Made by a program: the position numbers and the translations under genes
Source: an uncultured bacterium
Lineage (GTDB): Bacteria > Muiribacteriota > UBA6191
DNA length: 64,000 nucleotides
Assembly (NCBI GenBank): GCA_964539825.1
Contig: CAZIKF010000001.1
Span: 223,478-287,477, forward strand
Direction: 5' to 3'
The notes under the pieces: generated by a model
The model's input: the letters and a program-made list of their open reading frames with translations, nothing else
Database searches by the model: none
What the model was told of the DNA's origin: nothing
Part shown: positions 1 to 8,173 of the stretch, in pieces
Position numbering within the stretch: the stretch's first letter is position 1
How the letters are laid out: every line of letters begins with the position of its first letter

Positions 1-696
1 CCTGCCTGAAGGGGAGATCTGCATGTCCCTGATACTCATGAAAAGTTCAGCACGCTCCTCAAGTTTCATGAGGTAAGTCTCAAAATCTTCCAGGTAATAA
101 GCTTGAATCGCCTGTCTGGTGAACTGCATATAAAGGGTATTGTCCTGGGAGCGATCCCCGGGTTTCTGGTAGCCCACCAGTGGAAAACGCAAACGAAATT
201 TGATATCTACAACAAACTCTGACCCATCCTTGTCTCGATCGTAGGCACGTCTCTCCCCCACGGGCTTGAAAATTTGGCCCGGGGCATATGCGGGTGCGAT
301 AAGATCAATTTTCCGTCGATCGCGAAAATACTGATAATCTACGGTTACACTAAATTCCAGGGAATCTCCGACGATGTCATAGCGTATATAGCGAACGGGA
401 AGCCCTTCTTTATAGAGCCATCGATGGGACCATTTTTTTACGGTTTCTCTTCCAATGCGAACGGCCACATCCGGACGAACGGAACCAAAATACTGATCAT
501 AGCTAAAGATTGGATTTTCCTGGCTTCCCTGGTCTACGCTAAAAGGCCGGTTTTCTGAAGCATTATCCAGGCTTTGTTCCATGCTCGCAGAGGGTCCCAG
601 GGGGAAAGAATTCTTTTCAAGATCTTGAAATGACAGACCATCCTCTGCTATAGCCAGCGGCGAAAAAAGTAAGAAGAGTATCAGGGTCACTCTCAT
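1..696 (-). CDS. secreted hypothetical protein, partial; C-terminus lies beyond the window edge
   Basis: Hand translation of the minus strand from the ATG at 694-696 gives MRVTLILFLLFSPLAIAEDG..., a signal peptide. The frame stays open to position 1 with no stop. The ATG overlaps the upstream gene's stop (ATGA), which suggests translational coupling. It is absent from the ORF track because it is truncated by the window edge. Confidence 0.5.
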   Translation of the reverse strand, partial: MRVTLILFLLFSPLAIAEDGLSFQDLEKNSFPLGPSASMEQSLDNASENRPFSVDQGSQENPIFSYDQYFGSVRPDVAVRIGRETVKKWSHRWLYKEGLPVRYIRYDIVGDSLEFSVTVDYQYFRDRRKIDLIAPAYAPGQIFKPVGERRAYDRDKDGSEFVVDIKFRLRFPLVGYQKPGDRSQDNTLYMQFTRQAIQAYYLEDFETYLMKLEERAELFMSIRDMQISPSGR

Positions 697-1460
697 TTTC
701 CAGCCCCCGGTACTTTGGTTCTTCCCGCCAGAACAAGATGATTTTCTGTAGTGCTAAAATTCAGAAAATCCAGGATGTTGAGTTCATTCACCTTTCCAAG
801 GTTGACTTCAATTGAAATGAGCTTATTCGTGGGAAGATTCTTTGCCCTTAAAACAAATAAATCTCCCACTTTTAGTTCCTGTAGATATTTCCGTTCGATT
901 CCCTGGAGAATTTCACCAGAATGACGATCCACGATGAGAGGTCGTAAAACTTCGTTGAGCAATAAATCCAAACGATTATCATCCAGGCTTTTTGTGTGGA
1001 TTCGTAGAGTTCGCGGATAAATTCTGGCCTGGATAAAAAGGCGATCTCCAGCTTTTTTCAGAGACATCTTGGTCCCAACTTGAAAGCTCACTTCTTTAAT
1101 ACCATTTGAACTCAATGAGCTTCGCAAATCCTCCAGAGCCTTTGTCAGTGCGCTCGTGTCCTGTGCGCCAGGAACCATATCCAGAGAATCCAGTCTCAGG
1201 TCCGGTACAGAAATAAATACCCGGTATATAAGTATTGCCTGCCCTTGAGGATCCTTCTTTGAACCTTTTTTGAAATTCACTTCCGCACGAATTGCTGAAT
1301 CCACTCCGCGCAAAGCCTCGGTGAGCAGGCTTGCCACCATGGATTCGGTAAGCTCCAAACGAACCTTTCCCCCCTCTTTGGCCATGGGGAAAGAAAGGCA
1401 AAGCAAGCTAAGCGCCAGGGCGAATAGCCATTGATTTTTTATTAGACACCAATTTTTCAC
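693..1460 (-). CDS. hypothetical exported protein with an N-terminal signal peptide
   Basis: 255-aa ORF with an N-terminal hydrophobic signal (LFALALSLLCLSFPMA). I recognise no family. It is packed tightly with its neighbours in an apparent operon. Confidence 0.5.
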   Translation of the reverse strand: MKNWCLIKNQWLFALALSLLCLSFPMAKEGGKVRLELTESMVASLLTEALRGVDSAIRAEVNFKKGSKKDPQGQAILIYRVFISVPDLRLDSLDMVPGAQDTSALTKALEDLRSSLSSNGIKEVSFQVGTKMSLKKAGDRLFIQARIYPRTLRIHTKSLDDNRLDLLLNEVLRPLIVDRHSGEILQGIERKYLQELKVGDLFVLRAKNLPTNKLISIEVNLGKVNELNILDFLNFSTTENHLVLAGRTKVPGAGK

Positions 1461-1478
1461 GGGGAAAATCCCATCTTC

Positions 1479-2246
1479 TTAATAAAAATAAACCAAAATC
1501 CCATCCTTGATGGCTCCAACCTCTACATTCTTTGCTTTATTCAAGACGATTAGCGCGCGTTCGCTGAATTCTATCTTTATTTCCCCCTCATGCATCTGTC
1601 GGATCTTGTCTCCAGAGGGACGAAACAAGTTCACAAATGAAGCTCCTAGCCGTGATAAAAACGAAAATGGATTGAGTTTTCCACTCACGTCAATCTTAAA
1701 GAAATCCTTTACATCCGCCTGAAGGTCCGTTGTGGCGAAAATGACATTTAGGACGGATTCAAAGATCATTCCAACCGGCAGGGTCACAAGATCCAGTAGA
1801 GAGTCTAAAAAACCACCCTTTGCTTTGGTAAAGGTGATGGAGAAATCCATATACACATTGTTGGAGGGCTTTTTTGAGGGTTTTTGATAAAATTCTCCAT
1901 TCACATCAATCTCAAAAGGAAGGATGCCTGTACTTCCCCGGATGATCATATGGGTCCCTTTGAACTCCACGAATTTAACTCCCTCATCATTAAGAGGCTC
2001 GACACCCGCCTTTAAAAGTTCTTCCGCAAGAAGTTTCTCCAGGAAATCAAACGAGAGAAAGACGGTAGTATCCTGTTTCCCGTGGCTCAATTTGGAGGAA
2101 ACCATCGCCCCTCCCAGTCTGAATTTACGGATTTTTTCCTTGGCCGCCTCCAATGGTCCCAAAAGGGAAAAGAGGCAAAAAAGCCATATATAGGGTCTAA
2201 ACCGGATCATGGGCACAAAAAATTCTAAAGACGTCGACGGTATCAA
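1479..2246 (-). CDS. hypothetical exported protein; start may be the internal Met at 2210
   Basis: 255-aa ORF. A signal-like segment (MIRFRPYIWLFCLFSLLGPLEA) begins at residue 13. It lies 19 bp upstream of the next gene on the same strand. Confidence 0.45.
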   Translation of the reverse strand: MIPSTSLEFFVPMIRFRPYIWLFCLFSLLGPLEAAKEKIRKFRLGGAMVSSKLSHGKQDTTVFLSFDFLEKLLAEELLKAGVEPLNDEGVKFVEFKGTHMIIRGSTGILPFEIDVNGEFYQKPSKKPSNNVYMDFSITFTKAKGGFLDSLLDLVTLPVGMIFESVLNVIFATTDLQADVKDFFKIDVSGKLNPFSFLSRLGASFVNLFRPSGDKIRQMHEGEIKIEFSERALIVLNKAKNVEVGAIKDGILVYFY

Positions 2247-2273
2247 TACGTCCCTTTGAACCCAAAGGTTGCA

Positions 2274-3194
2274 TTATGCCCCAGTTCTTTCCATGGAGCC
2301 TGTTGGAGAATTGCCTTTTGAATCTGAGCCAAAGATTTTGCACAACAGTCCCCCAATAATAAGAAATACTCCTAAAACCTGCCCGCCTCTTAACTCCTCA
2401 TCAAAAAACTGAGTGGAAACCAACAGCGCTGCTACCGGTCCAAGAAGCATCATTAGACTCATTAACATGGGATGGAAAATCTTCAAGGAGCGGTAAATAG
2501 CCCAGAGACCCAGACCAAAGGCCAGGGGACCGTTAATCAGGAGCAATACTCCCAATGAGAAGTCTATCTTTTCAAAATGCCATGGACCCTCCGCTAAAGC
2601 AAAAGGCAGCGATGTTACGCTAAGACAGCCCGTCGTGAAACAGGCAACAAACACAGCTGGAATTCCCCTTGTGATGGATTGGGTCTTGATGAACATCAGC
2701 GCCCACAACACCACACTAACCACGATTAACAATACCGGTGGATTGAGAAATTGGGCCACCTGCAAAGCCCAACCGTCCGAATTCAATAAGAAATAAACCC
2801 CGGACACAGAAATGACTGCGGCAAGGACATCCGTAATCTTGACCCGATGGTCTCTGAATAGCAGCAGCAAAACTACAATAATCAATGGTTGAAGCCTCTT
2901 AAGCATCACTACCACCATTGACGGCACCTCAACGAGTGCTATTTGCGTCAGGCAAGCCGGCAAACTCTGATAGAGAAATCCAATGATCAATAAAGTTGAA
3001 ATCATTTCAGGCTTCTTGATGGAAATGGACTTAAAACCAAAGATTAAACTGGGAATAAGTGTGGTCAGAAAGGCTGGGAAGCTGAGCAGAAATATCGTTT
3101 GAAAGGGCGGCAGGGTCGCAAGAATTTTCTTTGTCAGGACCGGACCCAGGGAAGCTCCCAACGCCCCCAGAACCGCGATGAAAATATCAACCAT
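2274..3194 (-). CDS. EamA/DMT-superfamily transporter, about 10 TM segments
   Basis: 306 aa, hydrophobic throughout. It has two repeated 5-TM halves typical of EamA-domain permeases. Confidence 0.6.
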   Translation of the reverse strand: MVDIFIAVLGALGASLGPVLTKKILATLPPFQTIFLLSFPAFLTTLIPSLIFGFKSISIKKPEMISTLLIIGFLYQSLPACLTQIALVEVPSMVVVMLKRLQPLIIVVLLLLFRDHRVKITDVLAAVISVSGVYFLLNSDGWALQVAQFLNPPVLLIVVSVVLWALMFIKTQSITRGIPAVFVACFTTGCLSVTSLPFALAEGPWHFEKIDFSLGVLLLINGPLAFGLGLWAIYRSLKIFHPMLMSLMMLLGPVAALLVSTQFFDEELRGGQVLGVFLIIGGLLCKIFGSDSKGNSPTGSMERTGA

Positions 3195-3214
3195 GGACTT
3201 AAATTGGCCAGAAA

Positions 3215-4156
3215 CTAGCCCATGCGGGGAATGTTAAAGGTCACACTCTCCTCAATGACGGGCTTCTCCAATACCTCATTGATTCCCAGGTTTCGAAGAC
3301 GGGAAATACAGCGCATGATAATTACTTCAGGGGTTGAGGCACCCGCGGTCATGCCAATCTTGGAGATCCCCTGGAGCCACTCCGGCTGAATTTCATTCTC
3401 ATCTGAAATCAAATAGGAGGTTACCCCTCGTTTTTGGGCGACCTCTCGCAATCGATTGGAATTGGAACTTGTTCTGGAGCCCACGACAAGGACAAGATCC
3501 ACTTCCTTACAAATTTCTTTAATCGCAACCTGTCGGTTTGTTGTTGCATAGCATATATCTGATTTGGAAGGTGCCTGGAGTTTAGGGAATCGCTTTCGAA
3601 GAACCACTTCAATTTCTTCGGTATCATCTACACTTAATGTAGTCTGAGTTAATACGGCCACCTTATCAGGATTTGAAACTTCTACTCTCAGGGCATCCTC
3701 AACATTCTCGACAACGGTGGTGCGCTCTGTAGCGACCCCCTTTGTCCCGATAGTCTCTACATGGTTTTTATGCCCAATCAACAAAATATCGAACTCATCC
3801 TTTGAATATCTGCTGGCCTCTTTATGCACCTTGGTAACCAACGGACAGGTTGCGTCAGTAACCTTCAATCCCTTGTCTCCAGCCTCCGCAACAGTGCTGG
3901 GGGGGACACCATGCGCGGAAAAAATTACCTGGCTACCCGTGGGAACTTCTGCAAGCTCTTGTACAAAGATAGCCCCCTTGTCCCGCAGTCGATCCACTAC
4001 GAACTGATTATGGACAATTTCATGCTTCACATAAACCGGTGGACCCCATAACTCAAGTGCCCGCTCAACGACTTCGATGGCTCGAGTCACTCCTGCACAA
4101 AATCCACGAGGGCTTGCTATGACCAGTGTCTTTTTCTCCGAATTTTTGGATTTCAT
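3215..4156 (-). CDS. ispH: 4-hydroxy-3-methylbut-2-enyl diphosphate reductase
   Basis: N-terminal motif LVIASPRGFCAGVTRAIEVVERALE and length about 310 aa are typical of IspH/LytB. I placed the start at an internal Met (the ORF runs up to 4189). Confidence 0.9.
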   Translation of the reverse strand: MKSKNSEKKTLVIASPRGFCAGVTRAIEVVERALELWGPPVYVKHEIVHNQFVVDRLRDKGAIFVQELAEVPTGSQVIFSAHGVPPSTVAEAGDKGLKVTDATCPLVTKVHKEASRYSKDEFDILLIGHKNHVETIGTKGVATERTTVVENVEDALRVEVSNPDKVAVLTQTTLSVDDTEEIEVVLRKRFPKLQAPSKSDICYATTNRQVAIKEICKEVDLVLVVGSRTSSNSNRLREVAQKRGVTSYLISDENEIQPEWLQGISKIGMTAGASTPEVIIMRCISRLRNLGINEVLEKPVIEESVTFNIPRMG

Positions 4157-4235
4157 AGGGTGAAAATTCCCGAATTGTTCATTTATCATAGCATGGGACG
4201 AAACCTAGCCCCCCTCTGGTTCGTAAAGGGAATAG

Positions 4236-5147
4236 ATGGCTTTTCTTGTATCTGTTTTGCTTAGTTTTCTTCTTGGTATCCCCTGTCTTCATTCGGCTGC
4301 AAATCCTGAAGTCCAGACCGATGGTTTTTCAAATAGGACCCGCGCCATCTTGAGTCCCCTGGGGAAAGTACGGCCACATGCAGTACAGGTTGGGGCAGCA
4401 CAGGGCTTGAGTCATGTCTTTAGAACACAGGTTCCTCAGTATCTAACTGAAGGTAAGGCTGGATATTCAAAAAGTGGTTTAAACACGGGCGCTATTGGTA
4501 AAAATTTGTTTCAGTACGCCCTGGTTGTCGGAGGTATCGGTGCAGCAACCTCCATCGTCCAGGATTATAAGCGTACCGGGCAGGTAAATCCGGAAAGAGC
4601 ACTGGATTTCCTTACCAATTCAGATTTTGTAAAGAGTTCCCTTGGAATATTTGCAGGCGCTACCCTGTTCAGCATAGCCGGGCAATTTCTTCCACCAGGA
4701 GTACCCTTAATACTAAAAACTGTACCCGGTTTTTTGGGGGCAGCCCTGGGATTTGAGTGGAGCCAGGGAAGCCTTGATAGAACTGATATTGTAAAGGCAG
4801 TGTTTTCAGCGCTGGCATCTTCGGCCGCCTTTGTCGCACTAGGTTCAGGCGGAGCCCTGGCAATAGGGGCTGGTATTCTTGCCTCCTTTGCCGCTAATTC
4901 GGTTTATGATCGATTTTTTGGCAAGGACGAGGCACATTCTCTTCAGGGCCTCCCGCCCAGCTATGAGACATGGCAACCCAATGTCCAACAGGACCCCGAT
5001 TCGAATCTGTTTCCTGTAGAAAACTCTTCCGAGGAGTCTTTTTTTCGCGAAAGGGTTCGCTTTCGGCAGATCGAAGAGACCGCTAAATCCAATAACCAGG
5101 AAGAGTTTTTCCGACTTCGTAAGGAGGTCGTTGAGGGCACAGAGTAG
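4236..5147 (+). CDS. secreted Gly/Ala-rich protein with glycine-zipper-like segments and an acidic C-terminal tail
   Basis: It has a signal peptide followed by several GxxxG/A runs (LVVGGIGAATS, GIFAGATLFSIAG, ALGSGGALAIGAGILASFAANS). The C-terminus is charged. I recognise no family. Confidence 0.5.
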   Translation: MAFLVSVLLSFLLGIPCLHSAANPEVQTDGFSNRTRAILSPLGKVRPHAVQVGAAQGLSHVFRTQVPQYLTEGKAGYSKSGLNTGAIGKNLFQYALVVGGIGAATSIVQDYKRTGQVNPERALDFLTNSDFVKSSLGIFAGATLFSIAGQFLPPGVPLILKTVPGFLGAALGFEWSQGSLDRTDIVKAVFSALASSAAFVALGSGGALAIGAGILASFAANSVYDRFFGKDEAHSLQGLPPSYETWQPNVQQDPDSNLFPVENSSEESFFRERVRFRQIEETAKSNNQEEFFRLRKEVVEGTE

Positions 5148-5154
5148 AATTCCC

Positions 5155-6132
5155 TCACGATTTAAGCATCCGCTTCAGAGCTTCCCCCACACCAAGTCTA
5201 CCGGATTGAAGCTCCTTTTCTATCTTCTTAAGGGCTTGCTGAACGGAATTCTTTGCGAAATAGTCTCGAAGAATCCTGGTCTTCAATCCCTCTCTGAAGG
5301 AGAGTAATTCCTGATCCCTGCGACGCTGTTGAAAGGTGCCTATGCTTTTAGCCTGTACAGTTTGTTCAAGTACTGTATCTAAAACTTCGGACACACCGTC
5401 TCCGCTGAGCGCGCTCCCGAGATAAATCTCCGGTCTTCCCCTCTCCAAAAAGGACGGGAAGACGGAAAATGCTGCCAGTAAATCCTGCTTCATAGATTGA
5501 GCAGCATCGGCTGCAACATCAAATTTATTCACGAAGTAGATATCGGCGATTTCCAAAATTCCCTTTTTTAAGCCCTGCAGCTCATCCCCTCCAAAGGGAG
5601 GGAACAGAAGAATAGTCAAATCAACCATGGAGCAGACATCTAGTTCATTTTGACCTACTCCCACTGTTTCAACCAAAAGAATATCAAAATCCAGAAGTTC
5701 ACAGAGACGCAGCACGTCCCTGGTTCCCTCAGAAACCCCCCCGGCTTTGCGACCCGATGGTGAGGGGCGAATAAAGCAATCCTCCGACCGAGACAAATTC
5801 TCCATTCGCGTTCGATCGCCAAGCAGACTCCCCCCGCTGACTGGAGAAGTTGGATCTACCGGGAGAACACACAGACGTAAACCCTTTGAGAGAACCCGTG
5901 TTCCAAAGGCTTCAATCCAGGTACTCTTTCCCACTCCGGGAGGGCCTGTGATCCCTAAGCGCAAGCCAATCTTCTGTGAGGAGGTCATGGATTCCAGTGC
6001 TGCTAAGATCCTGGCTGCCTGTTCCCGGTCTGATTTGGCGTCACTCTCGAGGATGGTAATAGCCCTGGCCAGAGCCCGGCGCTGCCCCTTGTGTAGGTCC
6101 TCTATGAGTCTCTTTTCTTCCTTTGCTTTCAT
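5155..6132 (-). CDS. meaB: MeaB/ArgK-type G3E GTPase (methylmalonyl-CoA mutase-associated GTPase family)
   Basis: P-loop GITGPPGVGKST, then VLPVDPTSPVSGGSLLGDRTRM and LLVETVGVGQNE, characteristic of MeaB/ArgK. Confidence 0.8.
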   Translation of the reverse strand: MKAKEEKRLIEDLHKGQRRALARAITILESDAKSDREQAARILAALESMTSSQKIGLRLGITGPPGVGKSTWIEAFGTRVLSKGLRLCVLPVDPTSPVSGGSLLGDRTRMENLSRSEDCFIRPSPSGRKAGGVSEGTRDVLRLCELLDFDILLVETVGVGQNELDVCSMVDLTILLFPPFGGDELQGLKKGILEIADIYFVNKFDVAADAAQSMKQDLLAAFSVFPSFLERGRPEIYLGSALSGDGVSEVLDTVLEQTVQAKSIGTFQQRRRDQELLSFREGLKTRILRDYFAKNSVQQALKKIEKELQSGRLGVGEALKRMLKS

Positions 6133-7115
6133 CGAATTAAAGTTACCTCTTTCCTCCAGGGTACCATCAGCTCATAGAAAATCCTGGAGCCGTCCCGGGT
6201 CCAAAGAGAATCCCCCATGATCGGAACTATGAGGAAGTCCTCAAGGTGACCTATGGGAGCACCCGTTACTATGGTCAATTGGGTTCTCTGATGAAAGTCC
6301 TCCAAGAGCTCCTCTATAGTCATATCACCTGAATCTACAGGTGATGGCAGACATTGTGTAAAACCCCCGAAGATGATTCCTCTAAGCCGCTCAAAACCGG
6401 GAAGGAGGCTCAGGTGAGTGAGCATTCGATCTACCCGGTAAGTGGGCTCATTTATCTCTTCAAGAAATAAGACCTTGCCCGACAGGTCTGGTAAGTAAGT
6501 CGTACCTGCAAGAGCGGTAAAGACCGAGAGATTACCACCAACCATCGGGCCAGACAGGGTATCTGCACCAAGAATTTTCCCTTCAAAGCTGCCACTGCTG
6601 CGATCCTTTCTGGTGAGAAAGAAATCCTCAAAACTTCTGTGTAAATATCCCCCCCTCTTAAGTTCCTGTGGATAGCAAAACATAGGACCATGAAAACAAT
6701 GGATAGAGGTTCTCCAGGGCAATATATTTAAGAGGGTCGTAAGATCAGAAAATCCACAGAGAATTCCCTCCTGCTCCCTTTTCAATGAAATGGATTTCAA
6801 TAACCGCAGCGATCCCCAGCCACCCCTGGTACCCATGATGAATTTTCCAGTCTTCAGTAACTTCTCGAGTTCAGCGACTCTGCCGCTGTCATCCGCTGAA
6901 AACCCGTGATAATCACTACCTTCGAGACTGGAGGGAATCCACTGAACGAATTCTTTAAAGGAATGAATCCAGGAATGACCTGGTTTGGACGCGCTGGCTG
7001 GAGAGAACCCCAGAATTTCCAATTTGGAGCGCTCAGGTAAAAAAGGGGGTTCCGCAATCATTGTGTCCAGTGTATATACTTCTAATCTATCTAGTATATG
7101 TTCACTTACAGCCAA
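6129..7115 (-). CDS. LD-carboxypeptidase (peptidase S66, LdcA-like)
   Basis: GFSDLTTLLNIL matches the GxSDxT nucleophile motif of S66. Length (328 aa) and a downstream His/Glu region fit the family. Confidence 0.6.
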   Translation of the reverse strand: MAVSEHILDRLEVYTLDTMIAEPPFLPERSKLEILGFSPASASKPGHSWIHSFKEFVQWIPSSLEGSDYHGFSADDSGRVAELEKLLKTGKFIMGTRGGWGSLRLLKSISLKREQEGILCGFSDLTTLLNILPWRTSIHCFHGPMFCYPQELKRGGYLHRSFEDFFLTRKDRSSGSFEGKILGADTLSGPMVGGNLSVFTALAGTTYLPDLSGKVLFLEEINEPTYRVDRMLTHLSLLPGFERLRGIIFGGFTQCLPSPVDSGDMTIEELLEDFHQRTQLTIVTGAPIGHLEDFLIVPIMGDSLWTRDGSRIFYELMVPWRKEVTLIR

Positions 7116-7136
7116 TTTAAATCTGGAATCTCAATC

Positions 7137-8162
7137 ATGGAAAAACCCGTACTAAAAGCTCTTGCAGGTAAGTCTAAAAAATCTCCGGTATGGATGATGC
7201 GCCAGGCGGGACGGCATCTTCCCGAATATCGAGAGTTACGCAAGGAATATAGCTTTCTTCAACTTCTTCAAGCCCCGAAAGCAGCGGCTGAAGCAAGTTT
7301 ACAACCACTGCGGCGCTATGATCTTGATGCCGTGATTGTCTTTAGCGACATTCTCGTTCCGCTCCAGGCCCTGGGCATGGATCTAGATTTTCGACCGGGA
7401 CCTTATATTGCCAATCCCCTCCGTAACCTGGCGGAATTTCGCGCCCTACCTCCTGCTGATTTTCAGACAGCCGCCGGCTCACTGATGGAAGCACTGCAAA
7501 TTCTTAGGCGAGAGCTCACCGACACTCCAAAGACGCTCCTTGGGTTTGCCGGAGCCCCATACACGCTTGCAACCTACGCCATAGAAGGGAAGTCATCCAA
7601 GCATTTTGAATTTGTGAAGGGTTGGCTCTACCAGGACCCTTCCGGATTCAGAGAAATCCTGGATAAGCTAGCCGACCTGACAATTGAGTATCTACTCCTT
7701 CAGGTTGAAGCCGGAGCCGAGGCCGTACAATTATTCGACACCTGGGCGGGTGAGTTGAGCCTGGAAACCTATCGAGAATCAATACTTCCCTCAACTGCAA
7801 AGATTTTCGAAGCCTTGAAAAAAAAGGAAATCCCCACGCTTCTTTATGCCAATGGAGCGTCGCATCTCATCGAGGCACAAATAGAATCAGGAGCAGATGC
7901 CATTTCTGTAGACTGGAGACGAGATATCTCCTTTTACCTGGATAAAATCCCGACAACCATAGGCATTCAAGGAAATCTGGATCCCTCCCTACTCTTCGCT
8001 GCCCCTGAAAAGATCATCCAGGAGACCACCAAAATCCTTCAAGCCACCAAAGGCAGAGGAAACCACATTCTAAACCTGGGCCACGGCCTACACCCAACCA
8101 CCCCAATAGAAGGAGTCCAGGCCTTCGTAGACACAGCCAAAAATTTCGAACCTGCGAATTAA
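7137..8162 (+). CDS. hemE: uroporphyrinogen decarboxylase
   Basis: PVWMMRQAGRHLPEYRELRKEY is the HemE signature and the length fits. I placed the start at the internal Met to avoid overlapping the divergent ldcA start (the ORF runs from 7098). Confidence 0.9.
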   Translation: MEKPVLKALAGKSKKSPVWMMRQAGRHLPEYRELRKEYSFLQLLQAPKAAAEASLQPLRRYDLDAVIVFSDILVPLQALGMDLDFRPGPYIANPLRNLAEFRALPPADFQTAAGSLMEALQILRRELTDTPKTLLGFAGAPYTLATYAIEGKSSKHFEFVKGWLYQDPSGFREILDKLADLTIEYLLLQVEAGAEAVQLFDTWAGELSLETYRESILPSTAKIFEALKKKEIPTLLYANGASHLIEAQIESGADAISVDWRRDISFYLDKIPTTIGIQGNLDPSLLFAAPEKIIQETTKILQATKGRGNHILNLGHGLHPTTPIEGVQAFVDTAKNFEPAN

Positions 8163-8173
8163 ACCGCAGTCGG

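Noticed and set aside
274-558. 94-aa plus-strand ORF
   Set aside because: It lies fully antisense inside the longer, signal-peptide-bearing minus-strand CDS (1..696). It is a shadow ORF.
1096-1401. 101-aa Gly/Arg-rich ORF
   Set aside because: It is embedded out of frame within the 693..1460 gene on the same strand. Its composition is an artefact of the alternative frame.
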